A stretch of DNA of 18,428 nt from Candidatus Velthaea sp. (GTDB lineage: Bacteria > Vulcanimicrobiota > Vulcanimicrobiia > Vulcanimicrobiales > Vulcanimicrobiaceae). The DNA lies in NCBI GenBank assembly GCA_050012475.1, contig JBEKHC010000097.1:1-18428 (forward strand), written 5' to 3'. Below the pieces are notes generated by a model. The model did no database searches. It was not told the origin of the DNA and was given only the letters and a program-made list of their open reading frames with translations. Below are positions 1 to 8,743 of this stretch, piece after piece. Positions within the stretch are counted from its first letter, which is position 1; each line of letters opens with the position of its first letter. Made by a program: the position numbers and the translations under genes.

Positions 1-613
1 CATGTACGGCTTGTGGATGCTGGGGCACGGCTTGCACAACACCGTCTTCTTCACGGTCGGCAGCGTTCCCGAGTTCGTGCGCGAAGGACGTTTCGATCGC
101 TTTTTGATTCGTCCGCTCGACCCGCTCTTTCAAGCGCTTACCGTCCCGCAGCAGATTTGGCCCGACGAACTGCTGCTGGCGATCCTTTATTTTTGTGTCG
201 TGACCGCCGTCGTTCACGTCCGGGTCGACCTGACGTTCGTGCTGTACGTTCCGCTCGTCGCGCTCGGCGGCGCGCTCATCGATCTGGGCATCAATCTGGC
301 GATCGCCACGGCGTCGTTTTGGTTCATCCGCATCGACACGCTGCGCTGGGTCGTGATGTCGCTCGAACAAGAATTCTCGCGCTACCCGATCTCGATCTAC
401 GGCCGCGGCGTCCGCGTCGTGCTGGCCTTCATCTTGCCGTTCGCGTTCATGAACTATTTTCCGGCAACGTTCTTGCTGCACAAGACCGAGACGGGGTTCA
501 ATCTCAATCCGGCCGTCGGTTTGCTCACGCCGCTCGTCGGCGCGCTCTGGGTCACTGCGGCGTACGCGTTTTGGCGCAACGGGCTCAACAAGTATCAAGG
601 CACGGGCAGTTAG
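1..613 (+). CDS. ABC-2 type transporter permease (ABC2_membrane_6/DUF990-like), 5'-truncated by window edge
   Basis: Several hydrophobic TM segments, the 'VREGRFDRFLIRP' motif, 'YPISIY...LAFILPFAFMNYFP' and a C-terminal 'GLNKYQGTGS', all typical of the family. Stop TAG at 611-613. Confidence 0.8.
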   Translation, partial: MYGLWMLGHGLHNTVFFTVGSVPEFVREGRFDRFLIRPLDPLFQALTVPQQIWPDELLLAILYFCVVTAVVHVRVDLTFVLYVPLVALGGALIDLGINLAIATASFWFIRIDTLRWVVMSLEQEFSRYPISIYGRGVRVVLAFILPFAFMNYFPATFLLHKTETGFNLNPAVGLLTPLVGALWVTAAYAFWRNGLNKYQGTGS

Positions 614-936
614 CAGGATTCGCGGCGCTGAACGCGCAAGCCGCGCGTGGCATTTCGCCGCGCCACAAGCCGTCGCGGCGTTTGCTGCATCGCGAGCCGA
701 CCGATCATCGGTGCGGCGGCAACCGGCGCGTCGTGCCGTACCAATGGACAAGCTTCGGATCCCCGGTCGATCGCAGCGAGCCCCGAACATCGAGGGCGCC
801 GGAAGTCACTTCGATACGATTTCGCGAACGAGTCAAGCTTCGAGCGAGCCGAAGCGCTGCGCTCACGTCGAGCAGCGTGCAGCTCAAGCTGCGCCGAGCA
901 GCTGAGGGTGAGGCGCCCAACCATGGTGTGGACGGG

Positions 937-2847
937 ATGAAGAACGGCGACAACGACATCGCCACGCTCGAAATGAGTTGGCGCGACGTACTCGACGCGG
1001 TTCCGGCGCTGATCTTTACAATGGCTTCGAGCGGTCGAATAACCTTCGTCAATCAGCCCTTCTATCGGTTCACCGGATTGACGGACGACACCGTCCCCGC
1101 GGACTCATGGGCCCGGATGGTGCATCCGGATGACCGTTCGAGCGTCGCGGCCAGCTTGGCGCGCGGTCTTGCCGGCACAGTGCCGTTCGTTCTCCGACAG
1201 CGCATCCGAAGCGCCGATGGAACGTATCGGCTCTTTGAGGCGCTGACGGCTCCCTGTTTCGATGATTCCCAACGAATCGTCCAGTGGATGGGCGTCGAAA
1301 CGGACATGAGCGAAGAAGTGCGCCTCGTCGGGCAGCTTGAACACGTCGAGGGCGGTTTGCGCACCGCGCTCGATTCCGTGCCGCAAATCGTCTGGACGGC
1401 CGACCGTACCGGCTGGATCGATTGGTATAACGCGCGGTGGTATTCATTTACCGGCCAGACCGTCGCCGAAGCAGCCGGTTGGGGATGGCAAGCCGCGCAT
1501 CATCCGGTCGACTTTCCGGTCGTCATGGAGCAGTGGCCGAAATCGATTCGCACGGGTGAACCGTTCGAGATGGAGTTTCGACTGCGGCGGCACGACGGGA
1601 TCTTTCGTTGGATGCTCACCCGCGTCGTTCCGTTCAAAAACGCCGCTGGCGAAATCGTGCGCTGGTACGGCTCGAACACCGACATCGAGGACCAAAAGCA
1701 AGCTGTGCAGCGCAGCCGTCGCGTCGCAACGTTGCTGCATGAAGCGCTGCTCCCGGATCGCCTGCCGGCCGTCGACGGACTCCGAATCGACGCGCTGTAT
1801 CAGTCGGCGGAAAGCGACGCACTCGTGGGCGGCGACTGGTACGATGCGGTGGCGCTCGGCAACGGCCGCGTGCTGCTGTCGTGCGGCGACGTCACCGGGC
1901 ACGGCTTGGAAGCCGCGGCGTTCGCGTCCCGTCTGCGTCAAATCATCGCGTTTGCCGGACGCGAGAATCCGGATCCGGCGTCGGTTCTCGCCCGCATCAA
2001 CGCGGTGGTCTTCGCCGAGCAGTCACCGCTGGCGACCGCGGCCGTTGCGGTCGTCGATATCCCGCTTTCGAGCATCAGCGTCGCGCTGGCCGGACATCCG
2101 CCGCCGATCGTGGCCGTGCCCGGCGAGCGCAGTTTCGTTCTCGAGCCGGATGGTTTGCCGCTCGGCGTCCTTCCTCAACTCTCGGTTTCGACGCAAGAGA
2201 TCCGGCTCGAACGCGACGCCGTCTTCATGCTGTACACCGACGGTGTGACCGATTTCGCCGGCGACCTCGTGGCGGCGGAACGCGCCCTCGAGAACGCGGC
2301 GTCGCGGCTGGCTTCCGACGTCACCATCGACCTGCCCGCACGCTTCGTGAAAGACGCCGTGTTACAGTCGCGCGATGCTCGCGACGACATCGCCATCCTC
2401 GTCGTGCAGTTGACGGCGATCGGTCAAACGGTTCCGCGCCGTCAGCCGGAACTCACAAAAGCTTGGCGGTTCCATTCGAGTCATGCGCTCAGCGCGCACA
2501 ATGCGCGCCGTGAAGTCGCAACGTATCTTGCATCGTTCGCGCGCGAACCCGACGCGGTGGCCCAAGCCGAACTCGTGATCGGCGAGCTGCTGGCGAACAC
2601 CGTCGAACACGCGCCGGGTCTGGTCGAAGTCTCGGTTGCGTGGAGCGCAGCCCAGCCGCGTTTGGCCGTGCGCGACTCGGGCAGCGGGGCGCCGCTTCCC
2701 GCACCCGCGATGCCCGATGTTTTGAGCGAAGACGGCCGCGGCTTGTTTCTGGTCTACGCCCTGGCCGACGATGTGCGGGTGCACGAGTCGCCGACGGTCG
2801 GCACGGAGATTTCCTGCACGTTGCGGCTCGAGCGCGCGGAAAGCTGA
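937..2847 (+). CDS. PAS-PAS / SpoIIE (PP2C) phosphatase / HATPase_c (RsbW-like) fusion signalling protein
   Basis: Two PAS_3-like repeats ('WARMVHPDD', '[12 protein letters not shown]...FRLRRHDG'), PP2C motifs ([23 protein letters not shown]) and GHKL motifs ([27 protein letters not shown]). Start placed at ATG 937; the upstream part of the 944-aa ORF overlaps the permease and looks non-coding. Confidence 0.88.
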   Translation: MKNGDNDIATLEMSWRDVLDAVPALIFTMASSGRITFVNQPFYRFTGLTDDTVPADSWARMVHPDDRSSVAASLARGLAGTVPFVLRQRIRSADGTYRLFEALTAPCFDDSQRIVQWMGVETDMSEEVRLVGQLEHVEGGLRTALDSVPQIVWTADRTGWIDWYNARWYSFTGQTVAEAAGWGWQAAHHPVDFPVVMEQWPKSIRTGEPFEMEFRLRRHDGIFRWMLTRVVPFKNAAGEIVRWYGSNTDIEDQKQAVQRSRRVATLLHEALLPDRLPAVDGLRIDALYQSAESDALVGGDWYDAVALGNGRVLLSCGDVTGHGLEAAAFASRLRQIIAFAGRENPDPASVLARINAVVFAEQSPLATAAVAVVDIPLSSISVALAGHPPPIVAVPGERSFVLEPDGLPLGVLPQLSVSTQEIRLERDAVFMLYTDGVTDFAGDLVAAERALENAASRLASDVTIDLPARFVKDAVLQSRDARDDIAILVVQLTAIGQTVPRRQPELTKAWRFHSSHALSAHNARREVATYLASFAREPDAVAQAELVIGELLANTVEHAPGLVEVSVAWSAAQPRLAVRDSGSGAPLPAPAMPDVLSEDGRGLFLVYALADDVRVHESPTVGTEISCTLRLERAES

Positions 2848-2905
2848 CCGGCGATGCGGAACCGGCAATGCGGACATGGCGGCGCGCGCGCCGTGGAGGG
2901 ACTCC

Positions 2906-3397
2906 TTGACACTGGATCGATCGACCGCCGACCTCGTTGACGTCTATCGCAATAGCGGACGCATTGTCAGCTGCGCGGTGCAGTTTCTGCATTTCGGCAA
3001 ACGCAGCCGCTTCGCCGGACCGATTCGCACCATCGCGACGTATGAAGACAATGCGCTCGTCAAGCAGCTCGCGGGCGAGGCCGGCGGCGGACACGTGCTC
3101 GTCGTCGACGGCGGCGGATCGCTGCGCACGGCGCTCGTCGGCGACAAGATTGCAGCGCTGGCCGCGGCCAGCGGATGGACCGGGCTCGTGCTCTTCGGCG
3201 CGGTGCGTGATGCAAGCGCGCTGCGCACGATCGACATCGGCATCAAAGCGCTGGGAACCAATCCGTGGACGAGCGGAAAGACCGGAAGCGGTTCGATCGA
3301 CCTGCCGGTCAACCTTGGCGGCACGACGTTCGCGCCCGGTGCGTGGGTCTACAGCGACGAAGACGGCCTGCTCGTCGCCGACGGCGAGCTGCCGTAG
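2906..3397 (+). CDS. rraA: RraA family protein (regulator of RNase E activity / HMG aldolase-like)
   Basis: 'TADLVD', 'FAGPIRT', 'EDNALVK', '[17 protein letters not shown]', 'GAVRD' and 'YSDEDG' motifs. GGAGG RBS at 2895-2899 precedes a TTG start at 2906, giving 163 aa. Confidence 0.88.
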   Translation: MTLDRSTADLVDVYRNSGRIVSCAVQFLHFGKRSRFAGPIRTIATYEDNALVKQLAGEAGGGHVLVVDGGGSLRTALVGDKIAALAAASGWTGLVLFGAVRDASALRTIDIGIKALGTNPWTSGKTGSGSIDLPVNLGGTTFAPGAWVYSDEDGLLVADGELP

Positions 3398-3413
3398 CCG
3401 CAGGGTTCGGGCG

Positions 3414-4025
3414 TTATGTCGTTTTGCGGGCCTTCGATGCTTTCTTGCCGTGTACCGGCCGGGGGGCCGTCGCGACAGGCGCGTCGGCGGGCGGCGTGAG
3501 CGCGCCTTTGGGCGGCGTTTTCATCACTTGCTTGTCGCGCTCTTGGGTCCACGCAAAATAGCGCAAATGGGTGAATTGATTGACGAACGCGTCGCGATAC
3601 GGCTGCGAATGAAAGAAGAGCGCCGTGTTGACTTGGCTCCAGCCGCTGGAACTGAAATTGACCGAACCTTCCCAGCACCACGCCACGGGCTTGTCGTCGC
3701 AGACGATGCCTTTGGTGTGGCAGATGTATTGGCTTCCCACCGGCGACGTTCCGATCGTCACTTCGACCCCGCCGGCGACGAGCTTCTGCACTTCGGGCAG
3801 CTCGGCTTTCCCGGTCGACTGGCTGTAGTCGAGGTAGATGTGGATCGGCCCGTCGGCGGTGTTGTTGGCGATGATCTCGTCGATCATCGGCGCCAGCGTG
3901 AAGCTGTACGCGATGATCCACATCTCGTACGGATCTTTGAGGTGCTGCAGAAAGAGCGCTTTGGCCGCCGCGCCGTCGTCGGGCAGCAGGAAGCATTCGA
4001 CGTTCGCGGTGATGGTGAAGGACAT
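3414..4025 (-). CDS. Phospholipase D-like domain protein (single HKD, Nuc-type)
   Basis: HxKxxxxD ('HTKGIVCD') followed by 'GSVNFS', plus 'IIAYSFT'. GAGGAG RBS upstream. Basic Pro/Lys-rich C-terminal tail. Confidence 0.82.
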   Translation of the reverse strand: MSFTITANVECFLLPDDGAAAKALFLQHLKDPYEMWIIAYSFTLAPMIDEIIANNTADGPIHIYLDYSQSTGKAELPEVQKLVAGGVEVTIGTSPVGSQYICHTKGIVCDDKPVAWCWEGSVNFSSSGWSQVNTALFFHSQPYRDAFVNQFTHLRYFAWTQERDKQVMKTPPKGALTPPADAPVATAPRPVHGKKASKARKTT

Positions 4026-4055
4026 CGACCTCTCCTCAACCGGTGATCGGGCGCG

Positions 4056-6089
4056 TCACGAAGCGGGCTCGCACTCGTAGGGCAGCGGACGAAACAGGGC
4101 GCCGGCTTCGTCGGGGGCGGCCGCGACGCCCGCCGGCTTGAGATGACGCACGAACCAGTGCGCGATCGCGCGTAAGCGCAGCACGCGATTGCGCGGTTTT
4201 CCGCCGCGCGAGAGTTCGTGGCCATCGCCGGTGAAGCGCACGAACTCGACATTGTTCTTCCCTAACCGGCGCAGCAGCGTAAAGAGCTGCTCGCCCTGGT
4301 CGATCGGGCAGCGATAGTCGCGTTCGCTGTGCTCGACGAGCAGCGGAACATCGATCTGCGGCGCGGCCCGCATCGGCGACGCGTCGAACAAGAAACGGCC
4401 GCGATCGCTCATGGCGGGCGGCGCGTCGAGTTCACGTTCGAGGAACCAGCCCAGGTCCGAAGCGCCGACTTCACTGACGAAGTCGTTGACCGCGCGCATC
4501 GAAACGCCGGCCGCGAAGCGGTCGCTGTGACCCAGCAGCCAGGTCGTCATGAAGCCGCCGTACGAACCGCCGGCGAGGCCGACGCGGGTGCGGTCGAAGC
4601 GTTCGTGGGCCAGGGCCCCGTCGAGGATGCGCTGCACGTCGCCGGCGTCGATCCCGCCCCAATCGCCGGTGATCGCGTCGGCGTAGCGGTGACCATACGA
4701 TTGTCCGCCGCGCGGATTCCCGTAGGCTACGCCGCAGCCCGCCGCAGCCAAGATCTGAAACTCGAAGAAAAAGCTGTAACCGTAGGCGACGTGCGGGCCG
4801 CCGTGCACTTGAAGCACGAGCGGCGCGGCTTCGGGCCCGGCAGGCGGCGCCAGCAGCCAAGCATCGAGCAGCGTCCCGTCGTCGGCGTGCGGGCGATAGC
4901 GCACCGGTACGACGATCGACTTTTCGGCCAGCCACGCAGCGTTGAGCGTCGTCAAGCGCCGCTCGCTGCCGTCGGGTGCGACCAACGCGAGATCGCCGGG
5001 AATCTCCGGCGTGCTGAACGCGAGCGCGACCGAGCCCGCGTTGTACGCGAACGCGAAGACATCGCGCTCGCCCGCCGCGACGCTCCGGATCGCCGTTCCG
5101 TCGCGCGCGAAGGCGCGCACCCCGCAGCAGCCGGCGTCGCTGACCTGCACGAGGATCTCCCGATCGTCGTCGGTCCACGCCGGCGCCGAGCTCGCGAAGC
5201 CCGAGCGCAAGTCGTTGATGATCGCGTCGCCGATCGTTCGGTCCAAGCCGCCCGAGAGTGAAAGGAGCGGTCCGCCGGCGGCGTCGACGAGCAGCAGTTC
5301 GGTGTTGAAACGCCCGCCGCCGTCATCGCCGTGTTCGTGGCCCGCAAACGCGATCGTCTTGCCGTCGCGCGACCACGCGGGACCCGTCATGGGCCCGTTG
5401 CCGGCGGTAAGCGTGCGAATGGTTTTATTCGCGCAATCGACGACATGGATGTCGGTCGCGAACGACCACTCCGGCAGGCCGATCGCGGCGCTGAACGCGA
5501 TGCGCGTGCCCTCCGGCGCCCAAGCCGCGGCGGCAACGTCGAAGTCGCCGAACGTCAGGCGCTCGCAAGCACCGCTGCGAACGTCGAGCGCGAACAAGTG
5601 GCGGCGCGTGCCGTCCAGCAACCCATCCATGTCGCTCTTGAACGGCAGCGCGCGGATGTGCCGCGCACCCGAACGCACGTCGTGAAAGATGCGCGCGGTT
5701 GCCGGATCGTGGCCGGTCGAGGCGATGAACGCCAAGCGCGTTCCGTCGGGCGACCAGGACAACGCGACGATCTTCTCATACGCGGCGCCGACCGCGCGCG
5801 CTTCGCCGCCCGCAGTCGGAATCAAATAGATGCGCGGTTGCTCATCGCGCTCGCCGACGAACGCCAGCGTCGCCCCGTCGGGCGCGAGTCGCGGCAAACG
5901 GTCGTTGCGGCCAGTCGTGAACGCGACCGGCGCGCATGCCGGAGCGACGCGCCAGATCGCCGAGAGCGTCACATCGGCGGCGCGGTCGGGCTGCGACCGC
6001 CGGAAATACACCGTCCCGTCGCTGGCGAGCTGCGGGTCGCCGACGCCGACGATTGAAAAGAGATCGTTCGGGGCGAGAGGACTCTGCAT
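4056..6089 (-). CDS. S9 family peptidase (dipeptidyl aminopeptidase / acylaminoacyl peptidase) with N-terminal PD40/beta-propeller repeats
   Basis: 'VHGGPH', nucleophile motif 'GGSYGG', 'HSERDYRCP', 'GHELSR', and repeated 'WSPDG/WAPEG/WSRDG' propeller motifs. Confidence 0.92.
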   Translation of the reverse strand: MQSPLAPNDLFSIVGVGDPQLASDGTVYFRRSQPDRAADVTLSAIWRVAPACAPVAFTTGRNDRLPRLAPDGATLAFVGERDEQPRIYLIPTAGGEARAVGAAYEKIVALSWSPDGTRLAFIASTGHDPATARIFHDVRSGARHIRALPFKSDMDGLLDGTRRHLFALDVRSGACERLTFGDFDVAAAAWAPEGTRIAFSAAIGLPEWSFATDIHVVDCANKTIRTLTAGNGPMTGPAWSRDGKTIAFAGHEHGDDGGGRFNTELLLVDAAGGPLLSLSGGLDRTIGDAIINDLRSGFASSAPAWTDDDREILVQVSDAGCCGVRAFARDGTAIRSVAAGERDVFAFAYNAGSVALAFSTPEIPGDLALVAPDGSERRLTTLNAAWLAEKSIVVPVRYRPHADDGTLLDAWLLAPPAGPEAAPLVLQVHGGPHVAYGYSFFFEFQILAAAGCGVAYGNPRGGQSYGHRYADAITGDWGGIDAGDVQRILDGALAHERFDRTRVGLAGGSYGGFMTTWLLGHSDRFAAGVSMRAVNDFVSEVGASDLGWFLERELDAPPAMSDRGRFLFDASPMRAAPQIDVPLLVEHSERDYRCPIDQGEQLFTLLRRLGKNNVEFVRFTGDGHELSRGGKPRNRVLRLRAIAHWFVRHLKPAGVAAAPDEAGALFRPLPYECEPAS

Positions 6090-6114
6090 GCGAAGCCGAA
6101 TTTAGGGCCACCGC

Positions 6115-6720
6115 ATGAGAGCTCCCGCAATCGCCGCCGCGCTGCTGTCGTTGCTGCCGGTATCCGCTTCGGCCGCGCAGGTCGATGTCGTCGTGCAAGC
6201 CGGTCATCAGGGCCGCCCGCAGTCGTGTGTCCCGCTGGGAGTCAAAGCTTGCAATCTCGGCACGGGCATGGGGGCGGAGCTCGAGCGGAATTGGACGCCG
6301 GTGGTTGCCGATGCGGCGGCTGCGGAGTTACGCCGCGACGGTTTTTCCGTGTTGCGGCGCCCGGCCGACTACGCCGGACACGATCGGGCGCGGGCCGCAG
6401 TTTTTCTGCACTTCGACGGCAGCGCGCCGGCCTGCCGCAGCGGCGCATCGGTCGGTTTTCCAACTGCCGCTGACGCCCCGTTCGCGCGCCGCTGGGAACA
6501 CCGGTATCGAGCGTGGTTTCCGTTTCGTTTCGCCGGCGAGAACATCACGCGCAACGAAGCCGAGTACTATGGCTTCCGCAAGGTCGACGCACCGGATCGC
6601 ATGCTCCTCATCGAGTTTGGCGAGATGACCTGCCCGCCGCAGGAACGTTGGCTCGCGCCGCGGCTGCACGCGTTGGGCATCGAGCTTGCGCGTTTCATCA
6701 GCGCGGAGATCCGGACGTGA
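6115..6720 (+). CDS. Secreted N-acetylmuramoyl-L-alanine amidase (Amidase_3-like), catalytic domain only
   Basis: Signal peptide ending in ASA-A. Zn-ligand and catalytic pattern 'VQAGHQG...E...FLHFDG...LIEFG'. Confidence 0.72.
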   Translation: MRAPAIAAALLSLLPVSASAAQVDVVVQAGHQGRPQSCVPLGVKACNLGTGMGAELERNWTPVVADAAAAELRRDGFSVLRRPADYAGHDRARAAVFLHFDGSAPACRSGASVGFPTAADAPFARRWEHRYRAWFPFRFAGENITRNEAEYYGFRKVDAPDRMLLIEFGEMTCPPQERWLAPRLHALGIELARFISAEIRT

Positions 6721-7577
6721 AGCGGCGCGCATTCGGCCTCGGCTTGCTGTGCGCGGCGGCGGTGCCGCGGGCGGTCTCGGCGCGGTCCGTTCACGTCCAC
6801 GACATCGTCGCGCGCATCCCGGGAGTGACCGGCGTCTATGCCCGCACGCTCGACGACGCTGCGCCGCTGGTGAGCGTGCGCGCCGGCGAACCGTTTGCGT
6901 CCGCATCGGTGATCAAACTCGCCATCATGGTCACGGTGTACCGCGCCTACGACGCCGGTACGGCCGCGCCCGACGATCGCGTGCCGATCCACGCCGCCGA
7001 CCTCATCGGCGGGTCGCCGGTCCTCTATTACGCGCGAGCCGGACAACGTTACCGCATGCGCGATCTGGTCCGCGCGATGATCCAGCAAAGCGACAACTCG
7101 GCCTCAAACGCCCTCATCAGCGCGTTCGGTTTCACCCAGATCAACGGCGCCATTCGCGCGTGCGGCCTCGATGCGACGCGTCTCGGACGGCATTTCGCCG
7201 ACGTCGTTCCGGCCTGGCATGTCAGCGCCAACGTCACCACGCCACGCGACATCGGCACGCTGCTCTACAGCATCGAACACGGTTCGCGCGAAGGGCTGGA
7301 CACCGTGGCGAAAGCCTCGTCGTGCCGGGCGATGATCGACGTGCTGCTGGGCCAGGAAGACAAGTCGAAGATCGCCAGCGGCTTACCCGCCGGAACGCCC
7401 TGCGCGAACAAAACCGGCGAAATCGACGGCGTTCGCAACGACGCCGCCATCGTCGACCCTTACGGGGATGCGCCCTACGTTCTGGTCGTGCTCACCCGTG
7501 CGCTTGACGACACGACCGCGGGCGACCGCGGCATCGCGGCCATCGCCCGCCGCGTCAATGCGCTCGTCCGCGGTTGA
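6717..7577 (+). CDS. Serine hydrolase, class A beta-lactamase-like / PBP-like, with Tat signal peptide
   Basis: The GTG start overlaps the amidase stop (GTGA, 6717-6720). 'MKRRAFGLGLL' twin-arginine signal; SxxK (SVIK), SDN and KTG motifs. Confidence 0.85.
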   Translation: MKRRAFGLGLLCAAAVPRAVSARSVHVHDIVARIPGVTGVYARTLDDAAPLVSVRAGEPFASASVIKLAIMVTVYRAYDAGTAAPDDRVPIHAADLIGGSPVLYYARAGQRYRMRDLVRAMIQQSDNSASNALISAFGFTQINGAIRACGLDATRLGRHFADVVPAWHVSANVTTPRDIGTLLYSIEHGSREGLDTVAKASSCRAMIDVLLGQEDKSKIASGLPAGTPCANKTGEIDGVRNDAAIVDPYGDAPYVLVVLTRALDDTTAGDRGIAAIARRVNALVRG

Positions 7578-7601
7578 GCGGTTAGGCCGGCAGCAGTCGA
7601 A

Positions 7602-7639
7602 CAGAACGGCCGCCGAAAGGGTTTTCGGCGGCCGTTCTG
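7602..7639. terminator. Perfect 17-bp hairpin, likely bidirectional terminator between convergent genes
   Basis: CAGAACGGCCGCCGAAA-GGGT-TTTCGGCGGCCGTTCTG lies between stops at 7577 (+) and 7679 (-). A second small hairpin, GCCGGGT-TGG-ACCCGGC, lies at 7651-7667. Confidence 0.7.
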
Positions 7640-7678
7640 AGCTGGTTTTAGCCGGGTTGGACCCGGCCGCGTCGCGCG

Positions 7679-8713
7679 TTATTTCGCGGCGAGGTGGATG
7701 TCCAACGCGATTGCGAAGTAAATACGGTGGATGGTGTTCGGATACACGAACGGCCAGCCGCCGCGGTTTATCTGCGTGAGGTTGTTGAGATCGGCCGTGA
7801 GCGACAAGAGGCTGTTGAACTTCTTGTAGATGCCGAAGTCGATGATGTCGTAGTAGAACGGCACCGGCGCGTTGTCGAAATAATCGAAGGCGCCGTACGA
7901 AGCGCTGCCGAACACGGCAAAGCCCTTGCTGACGGGGATGTTGATGTTCGGCCCGTAGTTCACGCCGTAGCGCGTCTTGCCGTCAGAGTCCGTGAAGCCC
8001 GCGGCTTCTTCGGCCGCGAGACCGGCGGCGGAAACGTGATGCTTGTTCATGACGCCGGTGGCCGAAATACCGATCGTCGTGCCGTTGAGCGCCGCGATCG
8101 CAGGCAGGGTGTAGCCGAGCGTCAGGCTCTGCTGATGCCAATCGGCCGGCGCGAGGTTGGTGGGGTCGTTGGTCGCAGTGTTGTCATGGCGGAAGCGGTA
8201 TTGGGTAGCCAGCGAGACGCTGACACCCTTGATGCCGCTGTAATTGAGGCGGAAGGCGTCGACGATATCGTTGCTCGTCGCGGGATAGACGTATTTTCCG
8301 GTTGCGTCGGTGACGCGGCCGATGGTGGTGTCGATACCGCAGCAGCGGTCGTGTTCGTACTGGAAGGCGAGGCCCTTGATGAGCGGGATCGTGACCACCG
8401 CATTGAGGTCCAACTTGCCGGGGCGGGTGCCGCCCGCGGCGTTACCGGCACTCGGTGAAGCGATGTCCCCGATCGGCGGCCCGTAGTTATTGAGCGGATC
8501 CGGACCACCAGGCGACCCATATTCATCATTGCCGGTCGCGAAGTTTACGCTCGGATACAGATCAATCGTCGGGAGATGCGAGAACGTGTCGGCCGAGGCA
8601 GGACGAAGGGTGCCCAAGAGTCCGGCGCACATGAACACGCCGGCCATGGCTATGGGAAAGAGATAATGTGGTCGCCGCTTAGGCGGCGACGCGACTGAAT
8701 CGTGTCTGGACAA
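7679..8713 (-). CDS. Hypothetical secreted protein, candidate outer-membrane beta-barrel
   Basis: TTG start with a strong AGGAGG RBS. Signal peptide ending in PASA-D. Mature region is G/N/D/T/Y-rich with alternating amphipathic strands. Last gene of the sugar ABC operon. Confidence 0.6.
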   Translation of the reverse strand: MSRHDSVASPPKRRPHYLFPIAMAGVFMCAGLLGTLRPASADTFSHLPTIDLYPSVNFATGNDEYGSPGGPDPLNNYGPPIGDIASPSAGNAAGGTRPGKLDLNAVVTIPLIKGLAFQYEHDRCCGIDTTIGRVTDATGKYVYPATSNDIVDAFRLNYSGIKGVSVSLATQYRFRHDNTATNDPTNLAPADWHQQSLTLGYTLPAIAALNGTTIGISATGVMNKHHVSAAGLAAEEAAGFTDSDGKTRYGVNYGPNINIPVSKGFAVFGSASYGAFDYFDNAPVPFYYDIIDFGIYKKFNSLLSLTADLNNLTQINRGGWPFVYPNTIHRIYFAIALDIHLAAK

Positions 8714-8743
8714 GGATTCCCTCCTAGGTTCGATGAGTTTGCG

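Noticed and set aside
13..936. N-terminal ~308 aa of the 944-aa ORF
   Set aside because: It overlaps the permease in another frame and is an Arg-rich shadow translation. Recognisable domains start only after Met at 937.
960..1700. LOV photoreceptor in the PAS domains
   Set aside because: There is no GRNCRFLQ-like motif.
6717..7577. Bona fide class A beta-lactamase resistance gene
   Set aside because: No ExxLN/Glu166 equivalent is visible, and the context suggests cell-wall metabolism.
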